A stretch of DNA of 64,000 nt, from positions 434,001-498,000 of the forward strand of contig NW_027271881.1 in assembly GCF_040938485.1 (NCBI RefSeq), written 5' to 3'. Numbering within the stretch: the first letter of the stretch is position 1; every line of letters starts with the position of its first letter. Below the pieces are notes generated by a model. That model was not told where the DNA came from. It worked only from the letters and a program-made list of their open reading frames with translations, and searched no databases. Both the position numbers and the translations under genes were made by a program. Source of the DNA: Diadema antillarum. Taxonomy: Eukaryota. Positions 1 to 13,813 of the stretch are shown piece after piece.

Positions 1-740
1 AGTGGGTGGAAACTTGTACAGTATATTATACATGTTATATTCTTACAATGTTGTATTGTATAGACAATCATTTCTGAGGCCATTGTCCTCGTCAAACGTT
101 TGCTTATGATAATGATCTCCCGAATTTCTGTACATCAAGAGTTTCCTACTGTCTTTGAGCAAAAGGTATACTGTAACTTATGTTTGCACAAATGTATGCA
201 CAAAATAGTTTATTTTCATTTTCCATTACGTCAGAAAAAAAAATTAGATATTTGAGTTAATCATTTATTTGTTTTAACTGTCAGATTCAAATTATACTGT
301 GCGCAATTCGCTCAATCGACTTTTTTTTTCATTTATGTATGAAAAAGAAATTCAGAAACAAAATCAAAATCAATCAAATCAAGATAACTACAACAACTAA
401 CCCGATGTGCGGCAGATGATAATATTGAATTAGTCCTGTATACATACAATTAGAAACGTTTCAATCGTGTAAAGCTGCATAGTGAACGTGGGCACCATGG
501 AGATTCACTGCAAAACTTGAGTCATGAAATATATTGATGAATATTTGGATTGGCATCTTGTCTGTTGGAAAAAAATATATACGTGTAGTATAAATTGCAA
601 AGGAAACAACATGGTAGCCGCCTATTACACACGCCGTTGTAGTGTAAAAGATACAGTAGAGAATTTGTGGTTACGAAGCTTTGATACCGCTTTGAATCAT
701 GTTCTCTTTTTTCTTTTTTTATGATGGAAATAAATAAACT

Positions 741-769
741 ATTGAATTGAATTGAATTGAATTGAATTG
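741..769 (+). repeat. (ATTGA)n tract after AATAAA, resembling a LINE 3' tail
   Basis: aataaataaact followed by attga x5; the LINE-tail interpretation is inference. Confidence 0.6.
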
Positions 770-3619
770 GTCGTTTACGAAATAAACATTGTGGTCATCT
801 TTTCAGTCTTTTCCCATCGCTCTGTCTCTCTAGATTTTCCATTGAGCTTATTAAAAAAAACCAAACAAGTTTTAACATGTTTTAGTTATAAAACTTGGGC
901 TTAATACTTTCCGCTGGCTACTCTTCGCAAATTAACATTGGCATCTTGCCATCGCAGTGAAAGGTTTGTCTTTAAAAAGCGGTGCATGAGAGTCAGTTTC
1001 ATACACTTGAGTGCGCGAAGTGCTTTTGATCTTTGGGATTTTAATTTAGAATCACATCATATTTCACATCTTTTTTTTTTCACTTGCATGAAACAAAACG
1101 ACAACTTGGTTATATCATCTGGAAACTAAAGCGGTCATACTGAGCACAAGGCAGAATAAGGCAGCTCATCAAAGCACGTCTACGGATGCAGACAATATGC
1201 AAAACGAGTGAAGTGGCTGTTATAGAATATATTTATGAAAATTCTTATACACGTGATCTGCATGCTCCTGGAATTCGTAATTACCCTTGACGTCTTAATG
1301 GAAGGCAGCATAAGCAAGATGTGTTTGTTCAAAATGGCCCAAAATATACACACGTACACAGCATCTGTGATGTGATATTGCCCAGTCAAATATCTATCAA
1401 AACTGATAGAATAACTAATAAGTAAATCTATACATAAGTGTTGATTCGGTGTTATATATCTTTTTTTTTTAAAATCTGTAAAGCACTGAAATACATTTTG
1501 TAATTGATGCCAAACATTGGTGTGTGTCATTTTATTACACAATCTCTTGTCATGTATCATTATTTTCATTATCATTGATGACAAAGCAGGACAATTATTT
1601 ATTGATGGTTCACCAAAAGACGTACTCTATTGATGGTGGAAAACGAGTGACGTGCATGGCTGACATAAAACATATTGATAATATCATAAAATTTCTTTTA
1701 CACGTGATCTTTTCCATGGAATTCGTCATTACCCTAGACATCTTAATGGATGGTAGCATGAGCCAGATAATCTTTGCGAAATGGTCGGCAAGCAGCGGGT
1801 GAAGAAAATGACATGACGCCCACAAAACAAACCATCAGCACCTATATATAGATGCGGCAACGTGAAACCTGACATTCTGCAACTTTTCTCTGTCATCTGC
1901 TGTGCCATTTATTTTGCGTGATTTACACAGCTGATTAGGCTGAAAGAATATATATTAGTGAAATTCAAACAGAATATTAACATCACATAAGTAATAGGGT
2001 ATCGGTAAACTGTGGCTGTGTGCAAACTGATTTGATTTGGCCTAATGATAAAGTACAGATGATTCCATTGGTATCATTATTATATCAGAATTTCTGCCTC
2101 TGGTTTTCACTGAATTGTAACTGGTACATCTTATACAAATTTTATACTCTATTTCCAAACAACTGTTATTACTGAATTGATGTATGAATTTCACGAATTG
2201 AATTGAAGTTTGTTTGTTTGTGTTTTTTTTTTGTATTGTACACGAGCAATACAGAATTGTAAGTTGATAACATCGCCACTTTACTCCAGCATTTTTTCAA
2301 ATTACCGCTCGAGAACTATTTTTGAAAAAAAATAGGAAGAGCTTATCTTTAACATTTCTCTAGCTTCCTTAATATGTCAAATCCGACTTTCATAGGAAAA
2401 AAAATCAGGGTTGTTCATGTAAATAGATTGTCTGTATCATGTATTAAAATCAAGTATCTCTGGCCCTTTAACAACAACACATTGATTAAACATGCATATA
2501 TACATTTCCAGCATATTCAAGGGGCTTGATTTGCTGTGTAACTTTCGAAGCATTAAACACACATCCACCTCCTAGAAATATCACGAGTCAGAGAAGTAGT
2601 TTATATTTCTGCTGAAGATGTGATCAATCATTATCACCCATGTCGAGGGAAACCATTGTATAGGCCGAAAGACAGTAAAAGACATGTAAGTAAGAATTTC
2701 GTCAATATATTATCATCTGATATAATAAGAGATACACTTTCAAAGTTTCTCAACTGTTGATGATTGCTTTAGTCGCAACGACATAATGAAATTTAAATAT
2801 ATGTTGTAATGACAACATCTTCATCGGAAGCAAGAATAAGTCTTAACTGATTCATTTTTTTTTCACATTGAATCAAACTTGCAAACGAGCATGTATCCTC
2901 CCGATCATATTGTCATAATTATGCTTTTAGGGGAAGAGGTTGCAGTTTATGAATCATCAATCCATCAATAAACTTAAAGTCTTTGTGTGAAATTTTACAT
3001 GAAATCAAGCTTAAAGACATTGTATCATTCCCATCATATTACTTTTGTAATTAGTAAGGATGATATTTAGGGGGAGACGTTGCAGTTGAAAAATCAGATC
3101 ATCGGTCCATCAATATGCGGTATACCCCATATATTTTGTGTACGAATCAATGGCATACGCAGAGCTAAGAGGTAAATGTACGTTTCTAGCAATTAATAGC
3201 TTTTTTTGTCAATACTCATCTTTGCTATACCACTCTATACATTAGACTGACCGTCTATATCCGAAGTACCAGTTTCTAGACAACAATCGCCATCCTGTAT
3301 GTATTATCCTTGACCCACTGCTTGTCTTGCTCATATACCTTAGAAAAGTTGGATTGATTTACTCACTCCACAAATCACATATGTATAAATATCACACATG
3401 CAATTTGAGAACTGATATTCAACCATCATGGTATATTTTGGTAAACTATGAACATCTTCCCTCCCCCCCCCCCCCAAAAAAAAAATGATATTCAATATTA
3501 CAAGGACAATGTGAACGACTGAATATTGTAGTGACTGTCTCGCTGCTCATAAGGCCATTGATTTATTAAGTCATTCATTGCAATCTTTATAGAGAGTGGC
3601 CTCTGATCAGCAGAATATA

Positions 3620-3622
<3 letters not shown>

Positions 3623-3678
<56 letters not shown>
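3623..3678. repeat. (TA)n microsatellite
   Basis: Direct reading. Confidence 0.95.
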
Positions 3679-3681
<3 letters not shown>

Positions 3682-3765
3682 CTGCAACAAAGTTCATGCT
3701 GTATTCACCAACGGTTTATTTCCAATAAACCGTTGGTGAATACAGCATGAACTTTGTTGCAGCTT
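3679..3765. repeat. Perfect inverted repeat, 42-bp arms, 3-nt spacer
   Basis: 3679-3720 is the exact reverse complement of 3724-3765; abuts a (TA)n tract. Confidence 0.95.
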
Positions 3766-4904
3766 TGTTACTTATCTTTTTATCTTGCCAACAGGTGGAC
3801 TACCTTATCAACATATTTATATATACATGCAGCATAAGATAGACAAACATCATACGTTCAAAATGAAGTATAGTGATGCAATCATGCAAATCTAGAACTA
3901 ACTACCCGTCTTCCCCAGGGCTCTGTTATTTGTTAAAACCTTTTCGACATGAAAAAAGTATATATATAAATATATATATACCATTCAAAATCAATTTTAA
4001 ACAGGAAAAATAAGAAGAAATACCCTTGACATTTTCAAAGCGAGTCATATGATATGATTGATAATGTATCGTCAACAAATTATGAGAATATTATTAACAT
4101 CTATAGAAATACAACAAGTCGATCAAGTGCTTGTACAAACATTGTATACAAGCAAAAAAAAAGAAAAAAGAAATGGCCATGCGTGGCAACGAATGATATA
4201 TGAGCATATATCTTAATGGCGCTAAATGGGTGATTTTTCTGCTTTCTGCATTCAAGGCACTTTACTGTCACTGCAAAGGCTGATAAATTTCATTTACAAA
4301 ATCCTAAAACGGTGATGGCTACTGAAATCTATCAGACACACTGGACCCGATATTTAGAACTCTCTTCCTTCTGAAATTCGAACTTTAAAGTCTATGTATT
4401 CTTTTAAGAAAGCTGTAAAGACAATGCTGCTCTCTGGATATCAGTGATCTTATAATGTCATTGTAATTTTATTATGAAATTCCCTCGTGGAATTATCACC
4501 GTTCTGAATTTCTTGCGTAATGTTATGTAACCGACCATGACCTGTAACTGTCGTCTGTTCACCTGTGCCTTGGTGAGAAAATCCTTTGCCATGCTTTACT
4601 ATTCAGTGATCCAGGTGATCTAACGTTGTGTATTAGCGAAAGCAGACAGACCTCTCCTCCCTCCTTTCTTCTATCCTATCTCTATGCAAGTCATCACTCC
4701 CTCCTATTTTCCTATAATGCTATTATGTTATGCATTATGTACGAGGGCTGCATGCAAATCAATCAATGCTTAAGCTGTAGCCCTTCTGCGTTATTCATTG
4801 CATCGCTGATATGTTCTGTTGTACATTGTAAAGGCAATGAAGAAAGTGTATTGCTGTATATTCTAAAGGTAATGAAGAAACTTAGTTTGTTAGCAATTAA
4901 TGTT

Positions 4905-4947
<43 letters not shown>

Positions 4948-6811
4948 CCATCAATGTATATAATATATGTGTATGTATCTGCATGAGCAATGATATAATG
5001 CAGGAACCAATAAAATCAAATCAAATCAAAAATCAAATCAAAAGTCTTTCTAAGGAGAGTGAAGTAGTAGTGTGTATATAATATACTCTAGTTATACCTT
5101 ATAATGAACTCACTTTACTTCTCTCATAAAGAGTAAACTCTATAGGTAGAGAGCATGGTGGTGACAGTGATGGCACTCACACAAAAACACCAGAACAAAA
5201 GGGGGGAAAATGGTGTTTTTACCAAGGTACAACATTGTGGAACAATGATCTACACCAGTTAGAATTAAGAAGAAAACAGCAAGATCATGTTTGCGTAAAG
5301 CTGGGGTCATAGAACATTTAATAGAACGTTAACATGCCCAATGAGATATTGTTAACATAATGTACTAGTATCCTATAAATATTTTCTTTTTGTTAGTATA
5401 GTAGACATTGTGTATAACATACTTATATTACAAGTGTCAGTATATTCATCGTGTGATGAATTGTTTATTTAATCATTTTTCTTTTATTAGCACTAGAATA
5501 TACTTAATGTCTTATTGATAACTATCTAACCAGCAATCGTGGTAACACATTACTGCACATGCAGTTAAAAAAATTAAGAAAGAAAAAAAGACTTTGAAAC
5601 TGCCTGAACTTCAAGGGGCCAGACTCGACTATAGCATTCATGCTATTTACTGGTTCCTTATTATCCTTACATTTTTTCCATGTGACTGCATATTTTGTAA
5701 ACATGTAGGCCTCAATGGTTATGATATTAAATCCATTGGATGATAAATTCAAATTCATTCATTCATTCAGTTTATAAGGGGCTCTTCTCTATCCTTTCAG
5801 ACAAGAGAATAATGACAACAATGATAATGTTATCATGATCATGATGGTGATGATGATGAAAAAGATATCAATGGTGATGATGATAACAATAATGATGATG
5901 ATATTGATATTAATCATTAAAGTGATAGTACACTTTCACATTTGTCTATACCTATCTCTATTGCATAGATATTTTTATTATACATGTACACTGAACTCAT
6001 TTTATAGGCCTATAATTAAATAGCAATTTACTTTATCACCTTTTTTAGAAAGCAGGACGAATAATACCACCTTTAACATAATGTCAGTAACATGTCATTA
6101 AATAAAAAGTGACACTTTTTTGGTGCTCTTCATTTTTGCTTTTTTTTTGCCTGATTCTCCTCAAACTTTCACTATGTTTTACGAGTAATGTAAGGGGTAT
6201 ACGTACGTATCGCTGCATTCATTCAATCCACATGTCACATTTAGAGAAAATTCCCATGAAATACTTTGTGGGCGTTTGTTGAAAACAAATAAAAAAGCAA
6301 TAGTACCATTTTTGGATATCTCGGCGAAAATCATGTTTCACAGGGATGGTGAGCATGACATATTACACAGCGAAATTGGAGACGAGACAGCACTTCCGCA
6401 TAACAACGCTGATTTACTTTTTTTTCAGTTACATAGGCGGACTGAATAATTATTTGCGCTTTGCTTCAATCCTGCTAGAGCTTCCCACATTTTGATGCAC
6501 CCAGCCCAGCAAATCGTGTGTTGTTATCTTGCTCGCTCGCTTGTGGCGTGGGTGGGAACCACCAGATCGAAAGATCACATGTTTTGGTCCGAGCAACTGC
6601 ACTGCACTGTGACTTCATGCAACTCCACGGATCCACATCCTTTCGTTCAACTTAATCTTTCATCGGCAGATACTTGGATTGGTCTGGTTAAGAAGGAACT
6701 TGATTCAGTCCACATTATTCGGCCATAGAGAAAGGTTCACGCCAGCCAGCACCTACAGACGTTTTTCCTCTTGACATCATATTGCAGTGCAGTGTGCAGC
6801 TATTCATCAAG

Positions 6812-9800
6812 ATGAAGGCAATTTCCTTTGCAGTTTTGTGCCTAGTTTCAGTAATTGGCATGGTGCAATCAGCTCCTGCTCCGTTTAAAATATCGATGGT
6901 CGAACTTCGCCCTGCCGAAGTGATCAAAACACGGCCCATTGAAACAAAATCAGCCGGAGCCATCTACAAAGATTGTTCAGCCTCAACTGGTGAGACTTCT
7001 GTCTTCTGTTCGTGTTGTTGTTTCTCATTGTTGTGTTTGTGTAGTACTAGTAGTAGAAGGCCAGCCAAAATTGCATCATCATCATCACTGATCACCATCA
7101 TCAGAAACTAAATTTACATGTAGGCCTAGACTTCTAACGTTAGGTGTCTAGAGGTCTAACCATCATCATCATCATCCAGAGCTACCAAGTCTCACGCATT
7201 CTGCGTGAGACTCAAGCATTTAGGGGCAATCTCATGATCTCACGCATGGCACCCATTTTTCTCACGCATCGGGCCAAGTCTGCAATTTGGGCCTATAATA
7301 ATGAGTATAGCTCAAAAGATTAAAGTAATAGTCGAGAGTCTAGTTGCAAATGAAGGTGTATTTCCCTTTTGTCTTTCAAAATAAGCAGGGAGGTGTCACC
7401 TCCCTGAAATAAGTAAAAAATAGTCACTTAAGTATGCACCTAGCTGATGAAATTGAAAAAGTTCCCTAACGTGGGACTCGGGCCACAGGGGGAAAAAACC
7501 CCACCCACACCCTTGCTCGCGCACATATTCGCATGCAGAGATGCCGAGTCATGAATATCTCACTCATAATTTTTTTTTTTTTTAACTGGGCATCCCTGCA
7601 TCATCGTCATAGTCATACATACTTGTAGTACTAGTAGGCATAGACGTCTAACACTAACAGTCTACTGTAAATAAATTACTACTCATGGCATGGACTACCT
7701 AAGTTTTAGATCAACCAACCTGGCGCAAGGACTTTCTCGCCATATAAAAATAAAATAAAAAATATGCGTGCCTTGCTTTGGATGCGGATGGGGCGCAATA
7801 CACTGGAACATTCGAACATAAATACAAATCACAAGAAATTACGGGGATAGATGTACAGCAGCAGGTAAATAACCCAAGGAAACAGGAGGAAAAAGAATTG
7901 ATGAAAATCCTCTTGGTTTTCACGTCTTTGCCATTCACTACAGTAGAATATAATTACATGCTTTATCAATGGGAGAACTGGTGGTGGTCTATGGTAAAAT
8001 GATGAGCTTGCACTGGTGCACAGTAAAAAATATCTCTTGCATTTGTCAATGAGAATTCCGCACATACGTTGCAAGTCAAAAGTCAGTCTGAACCGGTGAT
8101 ATGAATCTGCGGTAGAATCTACTGGAAAACAAGGAATGTTCGCATGCATTTTAATTTCGCGAGTGCCAAGATTCGCAAAGTAAAATGCATGCAGAAATTC
8201 ATGTCTACACTATAATATCAAATGCATTAAATGTATAGAGGTAACTCGCGAAAATGGCTGTCAGCTCCAATTCGTGAAAAGTTCATTCCGCAAAATATTG
8301 TGTTTTACAGTACGAGTACATGTATTTTCTGCCATAGTGAAATTAAATTAGGCCCCTAGCTAAGGTGAAACTGAAGAATATTTTCTAAGATAGGGCTGAT
8401 AAGGAGTGGTCGATGAGTAGTAGGTCCAACCATAGGCCATGTGTATGATGTACTTGTAACCATCATCACTGCATGACAATGGTGAGGGTCAGCATGATCA
8501 GTTTATACCAGTATTTATTAGGTTTGTTTTCTTCTTTTTTTAATCTTTGTGTCTCCATGTAGTCCATGTTTTGGTTTTGTTCAGGAGAGGCTTGCTTTAA
8601 GAAGCCCTTCTATGGTTGTAATGGATATTTGCTGGGTAAAAGAAATGAATTTTTTTCTGAAGTTTGTATGTGGTAATCTTTTGAAATAAGATGTGTTCAG
8701 CATCTCTCAACAAGCAGTTCTAAATCCAGAATTATACCCCTCTGAAACCAATGTAAAATGTCATTGAATATCAAATCTAGCAGTGTCTAGTTTAGTGATC
8801 ACTCTTTTATAGTCGACTTTTAATTATTCCATTTTCTTTCTTTTTCTGTTACAGCCAATAAAAGGTGCCAGCTTGTGAAATGCTACATGAAAAACGTACT
8901 GATATTTTCTTTATGCTACACCATTGAGTATAAAGGTCTTATTTATTTTAATGCAGTGTGCTCCATGTATAATCAACACAGTTATGATAAAGTTTGAAGT
9001 AAAATAGTCACATCCCAAAACTATAGTCCATATTATCTTCATAATACAAGTAATATGTTTGGCTATAACAGAATTTCAATATAACAAAATAAAACTGCTG
9101 GACCCAAGCAGTAAATAGATGAACATCTTAAAAAGTTTGTACTGTATCCTCATTTTCAAAGTTTAAAGTATGATATAGTATTTGTTGAGGTGAGGATTGG
9201 GCTTTTAAATTTTTATGAGATATCGGTACCAAGAAGCTACTTATGAAATAGTTGAGAGCATACCATTCTAGAGGAATTCAAGATTTATTTGAAGAAAATC
9301 GGTTTTGGAATGGCTGAGACATCCAAAAAACAAAGTACAACAAATCCATTGTATATAAAAGTTGGGTCCTACCTTTTATTCGGATTGCTGTGTTTGGGGT
9401 ATCTCAGCCATTTCAGAACCAATTTTAATCAAATAAACTTTGAATTCCTCTTAGAATTACAGGCTCTTTCATATTTCATAAGAGGTTTCTCGCTATCTCA
9501 CCCAAAAATGTTAGAAACCTGAAGTTAGGTTTTAACCAAAACTATACAATCCCTTTAAATACTTGTCCTTAGTCTTGATCATTTGACTTTGTGTGTCCAT
9601 ATTTTATCTAAAGGTTTTATAAACATGTTTGTGCATTCTTAGCTCCTTGCAAATTTATGTAGTACGGTGTTACCTAAGGAGTCCAAAATGTCACATCACA
9701 TTCACAAGGCTCCATTTCCATGTGAGGGTATAACTGCACATCAAAACCCGGCTTCTCAGATATGACAATAACACATATTTGCTTGTTGGTTGGTTGGTTG

Positions 9801-12800
9801 TTTTCTTTTTTCTTTTTTTTTCTTTTTTAGAAATGTGATGCTAAAACAAAATGCTATTTCACATAATTATGTGACAAGTATTATCCCTTTATGGCTTGTG
9901 CTTGTGCTTTTGTTTTCACAGATACGTTCAAGGTAAAGGATGTCATTGTAGAAGGTTGCAGCACACCTCCATGCATTCTGAAGAAGGGGACTAATGTTTC
10001 AGTGCAAATTGATTTCACTGCAGGTGAGTGAAGTGGAAATCAATTTAATTATGCTCCTCTTAGCCTATGAAGGAATGCCGAATGTGGATTTGATTCCTTG
10101 TGCTTCAGGTAAAAGTACTAAAACAAAAAGAAATAAACTACATGTACATAGCAGCATCTTTTCCCTTATGATCTTTGTTATCATAATGTTTCCTCATGCT
10201 CGTCACTAACAAGGTCAGCAAAAATTGTTGTTAAACCATGAAACTGCTTGAAAGGTAAACTTTGATAAGGCAACTGCAATTTGAGTCTGATTGTATGAAT
10301 TATACAGTATACAGTCTTGTTATTTGTATTCATAATGTTAAAATATCAGGGCAATCTAGCAACATGTTAGTTTTCTTGCATGGAAATGTCAAATCACATA
10401 GGAGTAAGCAATTGTGCAGTGCAAAATTAAGAAGGTTCCTGCAAAATATGTTTTGAACCACCCAGCGCATAAAATTAGTCCCGCAAAAATAATAATAATG
10501 ATGTCTCTAGTATCACCTTTCAAAATACAATCAAACCTGCCTTACAGCGGCCACCTGTCTGTTACGCTCACTTTTTTTTTCTCTCCCTTGGGTAGCCACT
10601 GTAGACAGGTTTGACTGTATGTGTCATTGCCTGAACAGAAGTATCATTGCAGGTAGAATTGAAGTGGCCATTTGAGCAGCTAAGCAAAGATGCCCTGTGC
10701 AGATTTATGTGTATCATGTATCCATGTCCAACTCTCACATCTACCGGTTGATGTTGATGTTCTCTTCACTGACCGTCTGCATTCGTTGCCAGTCATCACA
10801 AGCTTACCGGTACCTTTATCGTAGGTAATCGCGAAGCTGTGTCTTTTGTTCTCATTTTGCTGCAGAGGAGGTCACTCCCAATGTGACTGCAAAGGTCTAT
10901 GGTGTCATTGCTGGAGTGGACGTGAAATTTCCGCTCCCCAATCCAGATGCGTGCACAACAGGCGTCACATGCCCCACCAAGTCTGGTGCAACTTACACAT
11001 ACAAGAACAACCTCTTGATTGAATCCGTGTACCCAGATGTAAGAAAGCTGAAAGGGTGTTATGTTTCCCTGCATTCATCTTGAAAACCTTCACAGGAGAA
11101 TAAAACCCAAACATAATTGTCCATGGAATTGAGGGAATGCAGCAATATCGGTAGAACTAAATCAACAAAGAGTGAGGAAATCAATCAGTTATGAAGCCTC
11201 TATATATTGTCAAAGATTTTTTTTTTTCCTGCCATTGCTGGGTGAGAAACTGCAACATTTTATGACATCGATTTATTTTTTTTTTCTTATTTTTTGCTGT
11301 CATTGCTAGATGATAAAACTGCAACATTTTATGACATCATGTATGGAAAAACAATATAAAGAAAATACAACAAAAGTTTAACATAATTATTCTCATTTCT
11401 CTAGCACAACGAAAGAGCACTTGATTTACCTCTTTCAGGAAGTAGGGGGAATAATATTACCGTTAACAATTCAGTCAGTAGCAAGTTGAGGGAATGTGTG
11501 CTTTTTATGTAAAAACATTGATTGTGTGGCCTTTTCTTTATGTTATATGATAGTTTTCCATGCGTGACATGATGAACTGCAGTAGTCTTCTCATTCAGTG
11601 ATGGCTGCTCCAAAAATATAAAAATTCATAAAATCATAATAGATTCTTGGATTTTGATATTGCTGCATTCAGTCAATCCACATACAATGTATGTGTGCGT
11701 TTCATCCCCCTACAAGAATATGGATGTTGTGATTGTGTTAGAATGAATAACAAGTTCTATGGAAATCATATGGTGAAATTAGATTTTATTTGAAAAATTA
11801 AGTGAAGAAGAGATAACATGTACAGTTATAGTATATTGGATGACAATGAATGGGATACTGGTATCAGGAATTATCATCTGCATTTTCGTGGCGCATTAAA
11901 AAACGCCTACGTGTATTGTTGTCCGCTCAATTTTTACTGTGCAATATGGGAGCGTATTTAAGGAAATGCATAGGCCAATGTATTAATTCCCCATATAGGC
12001 TACTGTTGTTACTGGCCATTCAATAATGATTTTGTTTTGGATGGCTATGAATGGGATACCAGAGAATATTGCCTGGGTTAGGGCCAATATTGCATGAATC
12101 AAAGATGAGTGAAATATTGGCCGTAACGAGTGCAATATTCACTGGCATTCCATAAATTAAAGTCATCCAATATAATTATTATCATCTATAATCATTGTCT
12201 AGATATGGCATAAACTGTAAAAAAGTACTGCACTTCTAGATTTTGAAGTTGACATTGCACTGAAAGAGGAGGGACTTGCACTGCACTTGCGTATGTAGCA
12301 AGATGTTTGCGCGCTTGTGAATTGTAACAATTAGAGTTTGTGCTCTTAGTACATACCAAGCATTCACCAACGAGTTCACTGATGAGCCAATGCAATACAG
12401 TGAATTATCGCACAGCCACTAATGACAATAGCCTTTGGGAAATTGATGCATTCACGTATGGATGTGCTTCGTTCAGTATGCTCTTGTATTGCGCAGCGAA
12501 ATCAAGCAAACAAGAATATGCATTTTCATTGCACCGTTAGAAACATCCTATGTGTCATATTGCATGACTACAGACAGATTGAACCCAGTGATAATTGACA
12601 GATTGCTGCCTTGATTGACTTTTAAAACAATTTTCAAAATTGTTATTTAAGCTTTGACCTTCACATTTGATCCAAGAAAAATGAAGAAAAACTATTCTGT
12701 AATGACTGTTCAAGTAACAACTGACCAATATTTTAGAGAGTGTGCCATCAATTTGTACGTTTTAATTGCTTTAGGGAGGTTAGGCATTAATTCACAGGAA

Positions 12801-13008
12801 TTATGCTGAAATAGGAGAATTCGATGGTATGTGAATGCATCAAGCTTAACTTCATTCATTTATTTTACTTCTTGTTCATGCTCATTGAAAAGCTATCACT
12901 GTATTTTGTTCCTCTCTGCAGATACAGTTAGTGGTTCTGTGGTACCTCTATGATGGACAAAATCATGAAGCCCTCTGCATCGATGTGCTTGTGAAAATTA
13001 CTTCTTAG
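6812..13008 (+). CDS. NPC2: NPC2-like ML-domain lipid/cholesterol transport protein, 179 aa; exons 6812-6989, 9922-10023, 10866-11038, 12922-13008
   Basis: All three introns are GT-AG with matching phases (1,1,0). Joined protein: signal peptide MKAISFAVLCLVSVIGMVQS, then ...IYKDCSAST-DTFKVKDVIVEGCSTPPCILKKGTNVSVQIDFTA-EEVTPNVTAKVYGVIAGVDVKFPLPNPDACTTGVTCPTKSGATYTYKNNLLIESVYPD-IQLVVLWYLYDGQNHEALCIDVLVKITS*. Six ML-domain Cys and the FPLPNPDAC and YP motifs are typical of NPC2. Confidence 0.93.
7187..7275. mobile_element. Probable left end of a hAT-like MITE
   Basis: CAGAGCTACCAAG start with repeated TCTCACGCA subterminal motifs; no right end found. Confidence 0.4.
8120..8312. mobile_element. 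About 200-bp TA-flanked MITE (TACTGTAAAA-type ends, Tc1/mariner-like)
   Basis: tactggaaaac...gttttacagta with TTCGCGA-rich interior; similar to 36249 and 61318. Confidence 0.7.
9163..9558. mobile_element. About 400-bp TTAA-flanked non-autonomous transposon (Kolobok-like) in NPC2 intron 1
   Basis: Ends TTAAAG...CCCTTTAA; homologous to 28857-29262 and 50425-50824. Confidence 0.75.
10526..10619. mobile_element. Short TA-flanked pogo/Tigger-like MITE remnant
   Basis: tacaatcaaacctgcct...agacaggtttgactgta ends; related to 26538. Confidence 0.6.
11221..11338 (+). repeat. Local tandem duplication in NPC2 intron 3
   Basis: aaactgcaacattttatgacatc occurs twice about 70 bp apart with similar upstream flanks. 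Confidence 0.8.
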
Positions 13009-13658
13009 TACACTGCGACCACCATTCAGCCCACTTGAGCTTACATCTCTACACACAATTCCGACAGCTGATAGTACGATGATGGGCAGTTTTTACATTT
13101 TGAGAAGTCGCATAGCTTTCCTGTTCCCAGAAATCAGTAAGAGCTCATCCTCTGTAGATACAATAATTGGAGCCATTTCAGTCTATAGCCCATGGGGAAA
13201 TGGCCTCAAAATTGACACTTGTGGACTGTGATGATTTATGATGATGACTTATTTTGTAGGCTGATCGTCCAGTAGAATTATTCTGACAGCTTAGTGAGTA
13301 TGCCTTGCTGGTAATTTGATCATGAACCATACATAATTTTAGGTAGGTCTCTCATTAAATAATTCATGATACTTCAAAATATAATAATGCCTTCTGTCGA
13401 GTACAGGCAACACCGGTATAGGTATATATATCCCTATGGCTCATTTTGTAATTGAGTGCAACATTGAGATAAACTCCCATTATAATACTTCACAGTGATG
13501 TTGCTTTTTCGTCTGTGGTATATTACTGAATATCTGCATTTTACCTGAATCCATACTCTTAATTTGCCGTTCCAGATATGCTGCTAGTTGTGGGGAGCTG
13601 GGGTGTTTCTCTGAACTTACAGTGATTGGTATTAGACATTAATAAGGATCTAATAAGC

Positions 13659-13802
13659 CAGGGCTCCACACTAACTTTTATTTTTGGTGGCCCAAAGGCA
13701 AACATCCGACCTTTTTTGATGGCCCGATCAGGCCACCAAATTCTTCATTTCTGAAAGTTTGATGGCCCCAGGCCACCAGGCCACCGTTAGTGTCGAGCCC
13801 TG
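13659..13802. mobile_element. 144-bp MITE with CAGGGCTC(C/G)ACACTAAC TIRs and 7-bp TSD AATAAGC
   Basis: 17-bp TIRs with 1 mismatch; GGCCACC/GGTGGCC subterminal repeats; aataagc on both flanks. Confidence 0.8.
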
Positions 13803-13813
13803 AATAAGCATAT

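Noticed and set aside
524-6023. Short ORFs in the first 6 kb
   Set aside because: Low-complexity or AT-rich translations, many with non-ATG starts, no recognisable motifs.
6560-6620. Possible CLEAR/M-box (gatcacatgt) in the NPC2 promoter
   Set aside because: Partial match only; too short to support.
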